A stretch of 63,682 nt of DNA from an uncultured Candidatus Saccharibacteria bacterium (GTDB lineage Bacteria; Patescibacteriota; Saccharimonadia; Saccharimonadales; Saccharimonadaceae), in assembly GCA_964443595.1 (NCBI GenBank), contig CAYUDH010000001.1, positions 1 through 63,682 on the forward strand. The letters are read 5' to 3'. A program made the translations under genes and the position numbers. The notes under the pieces were generated by a model, which saw only the letters and a list, made by a program, of their open reading frames with translations, was not told where the DNA came from and did no database searches. This document shows positions 18,131 through 26,443 of the stretch, piece after piece; the stretch's first letter is position 1; every line of letters starts with the position of its first letter.

Positions 18131-18577
18131 CTATTTTTGCTCGGTGAAGAAATTTAGGAGGATAAAGACGACGATGGCGGCGCCGAGGGAGCCGAGCGAA
18201 ACATACACTGGCCACATGACAGGCTCGGTTTCCTCCTCGATGATTTCGACGTCGTCGGTGGGCTCAGCTTCGGGGGTGCTGTCGTCTTCGCTGGCGTGCG
18301 GCAGGCAGTTTTGGACTGCTGGATCACAGTTGTCGGTAACTTCGGGATAATCTTGAGCGTGTACGGGAGCGTCGGTCTTGTTATTATATTCGATGTAATC
18401 ATTGGTGGGCTCAATAGCAGAATCGCTAGGTTCGTCACTGGTGGCTTCGATGCAGGCGGCGTCTGTGGGGGTGGCGATGCAGTCGACCTCTACTTCGTCG
18501 GCGTAAACTGACATGTTGCCGAAAAATAGCCCAAAAGCGAGAATAATTGCGCCGAGAGATAAATTTTGTTTGATCAT
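18131..18577 (-). CDS. Hypothetical exported acidic protein with C-terminal anchor
   Basis: Signal peptide ending VYA-D, D/E-rich body with two Cys pairs, C-terminal TM; AAGGAGG RBS. Confidence 0.7.
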   Translation of the reverse strand: MIKQNLSLGAIILAFGLFFGNMSVYADEVEVDCIATPTDAACIEATSDEPSDSAIEPTNDYIEYNNKTDAPVHAQDYPEVTDNCDPAVQNCLPHASEDDSTPEAEPTDDVEIIEEETEPVMWPVYVSLGSLGAAIVVFILLNFFTEQK

Positions 18578-18637
18578 GATATTGATGCCTCCTTAGTTAA
18601 TACTATTATAGCATGAGTGGGTGAGTTTGGAGAGATT

Positions 18638-19102
18638 TTAGGTGGTTTTTGCGGCAAAAGAATGGACAATGGCGACAGCCAAAGCGTCGGCGGCGTCATC
18701 GGGCTTGGGTACAGTGGCGAGTTTTAGGTGGATGCGAACCATTTCCTGAACTTGGGGCTTGTGAGCCATGCCGTAGCCGCAAATGGCGTTTTTGATCTGG
18801 TTGGGGCTGTACTCGTAAATAGGTAGTTTGTGCTGTTTGGCGACGAGCAGGCAGACCCCGCGGGCCTCGGCGACGGAAATACCGGTAGTGATATTTTGCT
18901 TGAAAAATAGTTTCTCAATAGCCATGACGTCAGGCTGGTTGAGCTTAATGATTTCGTGCAGAGAATTGTAAATGTCCTCGAGGCGGTCTGCTAGCGAGGT
19001 GTGCGGTGGCGTGGTAATGACGCCGTAATCTAGAGCCTGATTATTTTCAATCACGCCAAAACCGCAAATGCCAGTACCGGGGTCGATGCCTAGGATACGC
19101 AC
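18638..19102 (-). CDS. ruvC: Holliday junction resolvase RuvC
   Basis: ILGIDPG, AIEKLFF, EARGV, PDDAADALAVA. Confidence 0.96.
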   Translation of the reverse strand: MRILGIDPGTGICGFGVIENNQALDYGVITTPPHTSLADRLEDIYNSLHEIIKLNQPDVMAIEKLFFKQNITTGISVAEARGVCLLVAKQHKLPIYEYSPNQIKNAICGYGMAHKPQVQEMVRIHLKLATVPKPDDAADALAVAIVHSFAAKTT

Positions 19103-19192
19103 CTGCTAATGGACCCCTTTCTGGAGAATTTTAGCATTCATGGTCTTGACTTTTTGAGCGATGTGTGCTATAATAGAGAGATAGGGCATGTT

Positions 19193-20554
19193 TTACTCCT
19201 TAACATACTTGATAAGGGTAGAACGCAAATCTTTTACTGGTAAAACGAACGGGTCTTTGATGGTGGCGGGGGCGATGGCGTGGCGAAAACCGAGTTTTTT
19301 GGCTTCGGCGATGCGCTGATCGGGGCGGAAAGCGGAGCGTATTTCCCCGCCCAGGCCGACTTCGCCAAAAACTACGAAATCCTCGGCGAGTTTGCGGCCG
19401 GCGACAGCGGAAGCCATAGCCATGCAGATGGCGAGATCGGCGGCGGCATCCTGGAGCTTCATGCCGCCAACGACGTTGATATAAATGTCTTTGTCGGATA
19501 ATTTTAGCTTGGTGCGGCGCTCGACGACGGCAATGAGTAGAGATAAGCGATTAGCGTCGAAGCCGGAGCTGGTGCGTTTGGGGTAGCCAAAAGCGGTGGA
19601 CGTGACGAGGGCTTGGATTTCGACTAGGATGGGGCGGGTGCCGTCGAGGGTGGCGAGGATAATGGAACCGTCGGTGTTTTGGCGCTCGGAAAGGAGGGCG
19701 GCCGAGGGATTTTGGACTTCGGCTAGACCGTTTTGGTTCATTTCAAAGATGGCAGCTTCGCTGGTGGAGCCAAAACGATTCTTGACTGCGCGGACGACTT
19801 TGAATCCGCCATAGCGATCGCCTTCAAAATTAAGCACCACATCAACAAGATGTTCGAGGACTTTCGGACCGGCGAGAGTGCCGTCTTTGGTGACGTGACC
19901 GACGATGATGACAGCAGTATTGGAGCTTTTGGCGGCGCGAATGATGAGATTGCCGCAATTGGTGACCTGGGAAATGCCGCCGGGGGCGGAAGAGATTTCG
20001 GCGAGAGTGAGGGTCTGGATAGAATCGACGATGACTAAGTCAAATTCTCCGTCGGCGATGGTCTTGGCGATGTCGTTGGCGGAGTTGCTGCTGGCGAACT
20101 TGAGCTGGTCGGAATGGGCGCCGAGGCGCACGGCGCGAAGCTTGACCTGGCCGGCGGATTCCTCGCCAGAAACGTAGAGGACGCTTTTGCCGCGGTTGGC
20201 GATGGTGGCGCAAAGCTGCATTAGGAGGGTGGATTTGCCGATGCCGGGCTGCCCAGCTAGGAGCATGACTGAGCCAGCCAGAATGCCGCCGCCGAGTACG
20301 GTATCGAGATCGCGAAAACCGGTGGCGAGGCGGGCTTTTTGGTCGCTTGGTTCGATATTATTGATGCTGTCGAAATTGAGTGATTTGCCGGAAACTTGCC
20401 CACGGGTGACGGCGGATTTGCCGCTGCTAGGTTCTGGCTCGATGACTTGCTCGACCAGAGAGTTCCAGGCGCCGCATTCGCTGCAACGACCAGCCCACTT
20501 TTGATAAGTGGTGCCACATTGTTGACAGACGAATTGCGAACGAGATTTAGCCAT
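19193..20554 (-). CDS. radA: DNA repair protein RadA/Sms
   Basis: C4 Zn finger, GQPGIGKSTLL, KNRFG, Lon-like C-terminus. Confidence 0.97.
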   Translation of the reverse strand: MAKSRSQFVCQQCGTTYQKWAGRCSECGAWNSLVEQVIEPEPSSGKSAVTRGQVSGKSLNFDSINNIEPSDQKARLATGFRDLDTVLGGGILAGSVMLLAGQPGIGKSTLLMQLCATIANRGKSVLYVSGEESAGQVKLRAVRLGAHSDQLKFASSNSANDIAKTIADGEFDLVIVDSIQTLTLAEISSAPGGISQVTNCGNLIIRAAKSSNTAVIIVGHVTKDGTLAGPKVLEHLVDVVLNFEGDRYGGFKVVRAVKNRFGSTSEAAIFEMNQNGLAEVQNPSAALLSERQNTDGSIILATLDGTRPILVEIQALVTSTAFGYPKRTSSGFDANRLSLLIAVVERRTKLKLSDKDIYINVVGGMKLQDAAADLAICMAMASAVAGRKLAEDFVVFGEVGLGGEIRSAFRPDQRIAEAKKLGFRHAIAPATIKDPFVLPVKDLRSTLIKYVKE

Positions 20555-20951
20555 GGTTCTATTTTATCACATTATGAATTTTTACGATTAAGTTGTGTGA
20601 ACGGGGGTGGGGTTATGCTTGCCAATTTAAAACATGTTTGATATGATAGATAGGTCGCAAGAAGTTAGGTCGATTAGCTCTTTACTGCTAGCTCCAAGCG
20701 ACAGTACTTAAACAGGAGAATGAATGCGTAGAAAACCCAAAAGTCCAGCTGTAGCTCGACGCGAAAAAAACTTTCCGCCAGCACCCTGGCAAGAATTTAT
20801 CGAGCTTGACCCGAAATTCTAGTGTTCATACGCGAAACTTAGTCCCAAGTCTGATGGCTTGGGACTCTTTTGGCTCTCGGTATATGCTGATGCGATTGTT
20901 AGACTGCGATTCTATCGTAACACAGAATGGCTTTTATGGTATAATGATAGT

Positions 20952-21776
20952 ATGGATAAGCCTAAACGCACACGGAGGAATAATACAGCGGAAGCTGGTG
21001 CGGTCTTGAAAAAGATTGGCAATGGGATTTTGGATTTTATTAAGAAATTGATTGGCTGGGTGAAGCAGTTTTTTCAGTTCATTGGGCGGAGTGCGCGAAA
21101 TTTGTGGCATAGTTTCTTGAAATCTTTTGCGGCTTGGTCGGACCCGAAGTTGGAGCCGTACCGTGAGCAGCGACGAAATAAACCGGAGAAAGTGATAGTA
21201 GAAGAAACGACTTATTCGCCAGTGGTGCCGGTAGCGCCGGAAACGCGCGAGGATCTATTTGCATTGCTGCGCGAGGCGCCAATGTCGGTGCTGACGAGCA
21301 ATGAGCGCAAGGCGATGGCGGCGATTCTAGATCTGCCAATTATGCGAGTATCGGAGATTATGACTCCGGCGCTGAAAATTGTGTTTGTCAACCAAGATGA
21401 AGAAATGGGGCCATTGATACTGGATAGATTATATAAGTCGGGCTTTACTTATTTTCCGGTGGTGAATGGGCAACATCATATTATCGGAACTCTGCACACT
21501 GAGCTGCTGAATAGCCTAGATGTGAAGGATACTAAGCCGGCTAAAGAGATTATGGATCCGCGGGTGTATTATATTCGGTCGGATTATACGCTAGAGCAGG
21601 CGCTGAAGGCGTATCTGCGGACGAATAGCCAATTAATGCTGGTAATAGATCATTATGAAAGATTGGTGGGGATGCTGACTTTTGAGCAGATGCTGAGTTT
21701 CTTGTTTGATGAGAAATATCAAGATGAGTTTAGCCGCGATAGCGACCGCGTGGCGGTGGCGAAGCGTAAGAGCTAA
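20952..21776 (+). CDS. CBS-domain protein (CorC/TlyC-like soluble part)
   Basis: VSEIMTP, SGFTYFPVV, LVIDHYERLVGMLTFE; start reassigned to 20952 (TGGTATAAT 6 nt upstream). Confidence 0.78.
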   Translation: MDKPKRTRRNNTAEAGAVLKKIGNGILDFIKKLIGWVKQFFQFIGRSARNLWHSFLKSFAAWSDPKLEPYREQRRNKPEKVIVEETTYSPVVPVAPETREDLFALLREAPMSVLTSNERKAMAAILDLPIMRVSEIMTPALKIVFVNQDEEMGPLILDRLYKSGFTYFPVVNGQHHIIGTLHTELLNSLDVKDTKPAKEIMDPRVYYIRSDYTLEQALKAYLRTNSQLMLVIDHYERLVGMLTFEQMLSFLFDEKYQDEFSRDSDRVAVAKRKS

Positions 21777-21807
21777 GTTATAACATATTTTGCTGATAAA
21801 AATAGTC

Positions 21808-21836
21808 TTGTATTTTGGAAAAGATGTGGGTATAAT
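21808..21836 (+). promoter_or_regulatory. Sigma70 promoter for L2 and FISUMP gene 2
   Basis: TTGTAT-N17-TATAAT. Confidence 0.65.
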
Positions 21837-21842
21837 GAAAGG

Positions 21843-21971
21843 GTAACCACAATTAGAACGAAATTTTAAGTTTTGTTTCATGGAATAAATGGCCCCACGA
21901 GGCACAACATGAAACAAGACTTCCTTCGGGATAGTTCTAATTGTTGGTTACAACCTCGTGGTGCCATTTTT
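21843..21971 (+). ncRNA. Structured 5' leader L2 (candidate attenuator/pseudoknot)
   Basis: Stems GTAACCACAATTAGAAC / GTTCTAATTGTTGGTTAC and AAGTTTTGTTTCATG / CATGAAACAAGACTT; loop AAATGGCCCCACGAGG pairs with downstream CCTCGTGGTGCCATTTTT. Confidence 0.7.
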
Positions 21972-22081
21972 GTCACAAGCGCAATAATGTATATTGTGTT
22001 GCGCTATTTTTGTTGGCAAAAATATGGTCACCTTTCGGGGATATGTATATACTTAAACAAACCAAAAGGAGAGCCAAATAT

Positions 22082-23782
22082 ATGCGTCACAGGCTACAAC
22101 AGAAGGTTTTTGATGGAGGAGGAAACAGGTCTTCTTCTCCCCAAAAATCTAGAACTTCATCAACTTTTACAACTAATTCTAGCGGAAATCCTCATTCTGC
22201 CAAAAAGAATAAGCTTCATAGTAAGAGTACTTATTTCTACAATGATGGTAGTTCTAGTGGAGATGTTTCGGGTTCTTCCTTGGCATCTTTCCAACGACAT
22301 CCGGTGGGCCTCTGCTTATTGCGAGCAAATTGCAAATCGCAAGACACCTACTTGCGCAATGCGCACCCGGCCCAGCCGGGAAACGATGTCTTATGGAAAG
22401 ATGGCCGGCGGAAGAACTTAGGAAAGATTTCTCGATTGTCCTATGTAGTACCTAGTGTCTGTACTTTGGCTCTCCTGATTGGCGGGATTATCGCGATTAG
22501 ACCGATATTGAGTGGCACTAATAAAGTTTATGCTGAAGGCGAAGATGGGGTTATGCCTATGGCTAACGACTCTATCGTTAGGCTCACTATTACTCCAAAT
22601 GCAGCTGATAGCACTAATAATAATGTGATAATTGGCGAGCCGGCTTATTTTAGTAATATTATTGAGGTTGGCGGTAGTAATATTACTAGCTATTCACTGA
22701 CGCTTAATACTGCAGATGGCGGTAATGGAAAATTAATTGGAGAAAAGAATGCTTATGCTACTGTTGACAAAGTAAATAATAATACTTTGCCTGCTGCTTT
22801 TCCGGATAACACATGGGGGTTTGCGGTAAGTGATACTGTTAGCGTTGACAAAGCTAATATGAGCTATAATCCAGTACCGCCCGAAAAAGATAATAGTAAT
22901 TCTAGTCAGCTCGCTTTCAGAACTAACTTATCTGGGGAGATAAATGATGACTATAAGCTCGTTTTCGCGGCGAAGCTGGGAGCAGATATGCCGGCAGACC
23001 ACTATAAGGCAGATGTTTACATTTCTGTAGTAGGTAATGCGGCGGCGGTAGCGAACTTAGGTTTCACGGGCGGTGGAAAGACTATTTCTACAATGCAAGC
23101 AATGACGTCGGAAATTTGTAATGGAGCAGCGGCTAATGCTATTGGTAGATTGTATGATGTGCGCGATAATGAGCTTTATTGGGTGGCTAAACTAGCAGAT
23201 AATAATTGTTGGATGACACAGAATTTGGATTACGATGGTGGTGGCAATAAAGTAACATCGCCGAGCACCTGGTCTAATTATAGTGCGGCATACTATGACC
23301 CAGGAAATTACGTTTACAATGGCGCTAATGGTCCTAATGGTAATTGCTCTAATAGTACTGGTCTTGCGGATTGTTCTCAGCAGTTTAGCACTGTAACGGC
23401 GTCCAGCAATTTACATTATCATGTGGGTAATTACTATTCTTGGGATGCTGCGATAAACGGTGTGTGTCCGAGTGGATGGCAATTGCCTGTTTATCAGAAT
23501 GGTAAAAGTTTTGCTAGCCTTCTAAGCCGGTATGGTATGTCCAATATGAATACTGTAAACCTTGATAAAATACATATTAGTCCGTTATATTTTACTTACA
23601 GTGGGTCAGTTCAAAATAATCAGCTATATTCAGCTGGTAGGTCAGGGGAGTATTGGACTTCTACGCCGTATAGCTCTAATAATGCTGCTTACTTTCTTGA
23701 TTTCGGTGCAGGGTCTTTTTATACGGGCAACTATTCTGGCTATAGATCTTATGGCTACTCTGTTCGCTGTGTTGCGCAGTAG
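22082..23782 (+). CDS. FISUMP domain surface protein 2, type A
   Basis: Start reassigned to MRHRL (AACCAAAAGGAG RBS, matches paralog 1); WVAKLADNNCWMTQNL, GNYYSW, VCPSGWQLP, EYWTSTP, GYSVRCVAQ. Confidence 0.88.
   Translation: MRHRLQQKVFDGGGNRSSSPQKSRTSSTFTTNSSGNPHSAKKNKLHSKSTYFYNDGSSSGDVSGSSLASFQRHPVGLCLLRANCKSQDTYLRNAHPAQPGNDVLWKDGRRKNLGKISRLSYVVPSVCTLALLIGGIIAIRPILSGTNKVYAEGEDGVMPMANDSIVRLTITPNAADSTNNNVIIGEPAYFSNIIEVGGSNITSYSLTLNTADGGNGKLIGEKNAYATVDKVNNNTLPAAFPDNTWGFAVSDTVSVDKANMSYNPVPPEKDNSNSSQLAFRTNLSGEINDDYKLVFAAKLGADMPADHYKADVYISVVGNAAAVANLGFTGGGKTISTMQAMTSEICNGAAANAIGRLYDVRDNELYWVAKLADNNCWMTQNLDYDGGGNKVTSPSTWSNYSAAYYDPGNYVYNGANGPNGNCSNSTGLADCSQQFSTVTASSNLHYHVGNYYSWDAAINGVCPSGWQLPVYQNGKSFASLLSRYGMSNMNTVNLDKIHISPLYFTYSGSVQNNQLYSAGRSGEYWTSTPYSSNNAAYFLDFGAGSFYTGNYSGYRSYGYSVRCVAQ
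22250..22429. repeat. Palindromic element E2 inserted in frame (60 codons) in FISUMP gene 2
   Basis: Absent from paralog 1; nested inverted repeats GTTCTTCC/GGAAGAAC, CATCTTTCCA/TGGAAAGATG, GACATC/GATGTC; core shared with E1. Confidence 0.75.
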
Positions 23783-23802
23783 TAATATATAAAATAATAT
23801 TA

Positions 23803-23838
23803 TACCCCGAGTATGGTTTCCCTGCTCGGGGTGTTTTC
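23803..23838 (+). terminator. Intrinsic terminator after FISUMP gene 2
   Basis: CCCCGAG...CTCGGGG hairpin followed by TGTTTT. Confidence 0.7.
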
Positions 23839-23944
23839 AAGCGAATTTTCAGATTGGTAACTTGACGCCCTTTGATGCAAGGTGCTAAAAGGTGTGGCAC
23901 CATATATAATTATATAATCATATATACTATGTATGGTGATGAGA

Positions 23945-24751
23945 TTATACTAAGATAAGCATAACGCCAATGACAAGACAGGCGACCACGACGCGGTATT
24001 TGCCGAAAGATTGGAGGGATTTGGGCTGTTTGAGGTAATTAAGCACAAAAGTTAATGCAATCATACCGACTATGAATGCCACGAGATTAGACAAGAGCAA
24101 TGTACCCATATTGGCGGCGAAATAAGTGCGGCTGGTATCGGATAGGAACATTTTCAAGCAGACGGCAGCCATCAGCGGAATGCTAGCGAGGAAAGAATAT
24201 TCGGCGGCGGATTCGGAATCTAGACCGGCGATGCGGCCAGCAATGATAGTAGTGCCGGAGCGTGATGTGCCAGGAATTAGTGCAAAAACTTGTAGGAGTC
24301 CGATTAGCAGAGCGCGAGCGGGAGTGAGTTGTTCTTCATTTTTTAATTCAGACATATGTGGAAGTTTGTCGATGAGTATCATAATGATACCAACGATACC
24401 CATGGCGGCGGCGACAGTAAAGATATTGCCGAAAAAATCATTATTCTCGATAAAATCGCCAAGGAGTAATCCCGCTAGGCCGGCAGGAATACAAGTAATG
24501 ATGATATTAATAGCCATTTTGTATCTGCGTTCTTTGAAAACGTCTTTGATAATCTTCCAAATGCGTTTGCGGAAATAAATCAAAAGTGCAAGCAAAGTAC
24601 CGAGATTGATAAACTCTAGGAAGAGGTGAAAGTTTTCGCCGGAGAAGTTAAAAATTTGTCGTACAATCTCGAGATGCCCGGATGAAGAAACTGGAATAAA
24701 CTCCGTAACACCTTGCACAAAACCTAATAAAATTGCCTCGAATATATCCAT
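23945..24751 (-). CDS. uppP: Undecaprenyl-diphosphate phosphatase
   Basis: QGVTEFIPVSSSGHL, PGTSRSGTTI, AAEYSFL. Confidence 0.95.
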   Translation of the reverse strand: MDIFEAILLGFVQGVTEFIPVSSSGHLEIVRQIFNFSGENFHLFLEFINLGTLLALLIYFRKRIWKIIKDVFKERRYKMAINIIITCIPAGLAGLLLGDFIENNDFFGNIFTVAAAMGIVGIIMILIDKLPHMSELKNEEQLTPARALLIGLLQVFALIPGTSRSGTTIIAGRIAGLDSESAAEYSFLASIPLMAAVCLKMFLSDTSRTYFAANMGTLLLSNLVAFIVGMIALTFVLNYLKQPKSLQSFGKYRVVVACLVIGVMLILV

Positions 24752-24772
24752 GACCTAATTATAGCACGTTTG

Positions 24773-26443
24773 CTAATCTTTCGGGGGCTTGAAGAGGACT
24801 TTTTTGATGCGCTCGAGGACGGGGCGGACTTGTTCGAGGCCGAGGAACCAGCCGGCAACAATGTAGGCGATGAGCGACATTAGTGTAATCAGGCAGAATT
24901 TCGGGAAAGTGTTGAAGAAGGAGTCGTCGGTGGCCATGAGTGGGAAGAATTTGGTCATGGAATAGGCGACGCAGCCGGTGATAGCGGTGGCGATGATGAT
25001 TTTGATGAGGTTGTCACGAAATTCTTTGTTTAATAATCTGTGGTTGCTGCGTTTCTGCAAGAGGCTGAGTAGAATAATAATTTCTAGCATGTTGCCGATG
25101 GACTGAGCCCAGCCAAGACCTTCGGGACCCATGCCGAGCATGGTAAAGATAATGGAGAGGGCGATAATAATGCCAACAGCAATGATAGAAACGATGAAAG
25201 GCGTGCGAGTGTCCTGCTCGGCGTAAAAACCGCGCGTGGCAATATGGAAAACTGAGTTAGCAAAAATTGTAATAATTAAAGTAGCTAAGATGGAGGCGAT
25301 GAGAGTGTCGCCGCCGTTTTTGATGAAGCTGACGACATAGCCGCGGGCGAAGAAGGCGATAATGGAGATGGGCATGGCAATCCAGATGATAGTGCTGAGG
25401 GCGGTGCGGAAAGTTTTGCGATATTCGGCTTCCTTCCCTTCGCCGAGCTCTTCGGTAAGACGTGGGAAAAAGGCAGTAGAAATAGCCACGCCGACTAAGC
25501 TGACTGGCATCTGGGCTAGGCTAGAGGCTTGATTGTAGGAGCGCAAAGCTCCGGCGCCCATGCGAGAGGATAAATTAGTAGTAACAATTGTATTGAGATA
25601 GTCAATGCCTTGGTCGAGCGAGCGGGCGGGTAATAACTTTAAGACGGAGCGGAAACCTTGATTGCGCCATCTGATTTTGAATTCGTAATCAAAGCCGAGG
25701 CCGAAGAGTCCGATTAAGCTTACGGTTAGCTGCATGACGGCGCCAAGAACTACGCCCAGTGCTACACCCATGATGCCACCCTCAAAAAGCTGTACGCCGA
25801 AGATATTGATGCCGCCAGTAAACCAGACGATGCCAATCAAAATCCCGACATTATATAAAGCGGGTGCGAGGGCGTAAAAGACAAAGCGGCCTAGGGCCTG
25901 CTGGATGCTGGATAGAATAGTCGAGATTGAGAATAGGAATGGATTGATGGCAATAACGCGCATCATGTTGATGGCAAGAATCATGCCGGATTCGTCGAGG
26001 CCAGGACCAACGACGTAGCGTACAAGTGGGTCGGCAAAAATCATAATTAAGACGGATGCCGCCAAAGTGAGCAATGCCATGAGGTTAAGTAGGCTAGAAC
26101 TTAATTCCCAGGCGGATTTTTTATTGCCATTGATTAAACGTTGGTTAAAAACTGGAATAAACGACACTGCTAGGGCGCCAGAAGTGAGAATAAAGAAAAG
26201 AAAATCTGGAATAGTGAAGGCGGCAGTGTAAGCATCAATGCCGGTGGGGTAAGTATCAAGATAGTAAGAATTGAGCAAACGATCGCGGAAAATGCCTAAA
26301 AGTGCAGAAACTAGAGTAGAGCCGGCTAAAACAATCGCCGCGAACTGCACGGACAGTTTGCGATTGGCTAAGGCCACCACCGACTTAAACCGAAATCTCT
26401 TTTTGGTTTTGAGCGGTTCCGAGTTTTGCTCATTTTCCGGCAT
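24773..26443 (-). CDS. murJ: Lipid II flippase MurJ
   Basis: LLGIFRD, DAYTAAFTIPD, SFIPVF, FYAEQDTRTP; many TM helices. Confidence 0.92.
   Translation of the reverse strand: MPENEQNSEPLKTKKRFRFKSVVALANRKLSVQFAAIVLAGSTLVSALLGIFRDRLLNSYYLDTYPTGIDAYTAAFTIPDFLFFILTSGALAVSFIPVFNQRLINGNKKSAWELSSSLLNLMALLTLAASVLIMIFADPLVRYVVGPGLDESGMILAINMMRVIAINPFLFSISTILSSIQQALGRFVFYALAPALYNVGILIGIVWFTGGINIFGVQLFEGGIMGVALGVVLGAVMQLTVSLIGLFGLGFDYEFKIRWRNQGFRSVLKLLPARSLDQGIDYLNTIVTTNLSSRMGAGALRSYNQASSLAQMPVSLVGVAISTAFFPRLTEELGEGKEAEYRKTFRTALSTIIWIAMPISIIAFFARGYVVSFIKNGGDTLIASILATLIITIFANSVFHIATRGFYAEQDTRTPFIVSIIAVGIIIALSIIFTMLGMGPEGLGWAQSIGNMLEIIILLSLLQKRSNHRLLNKEFRDNLIKIIIATAITGCVAYSMTKFFPLMATDDSFFNTFPKFCLITLMSLIAYIVAGWFLGLEQVRPVLERIKKVLFKPPKD

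Noticed and set aside
21941-22081. ORF-track N-terminal extensions of FISUMP gene 2 (and 34777-34953 for gene 3)
   Set aside because: They run through the structured leaders; the shared RBS and paralog alignment place the starts at 22082 and 34776
21873-22421. 182-aa alternative-frame ORF, plus ORFs 8920-9243, 61838-62107 and 58830-59165
   Set aside because: They overlap leaders, palindromic elements or real genes and show no recognisable motifs
23676-23903. 75-aa antisense ORF and a GGTGCCA-containing hairpin near 23881-23903 as another leader copy
   Set aside because: Only a short motif matches; the B...A...B'-A' architecture is absent and the ORF crosses a terminator
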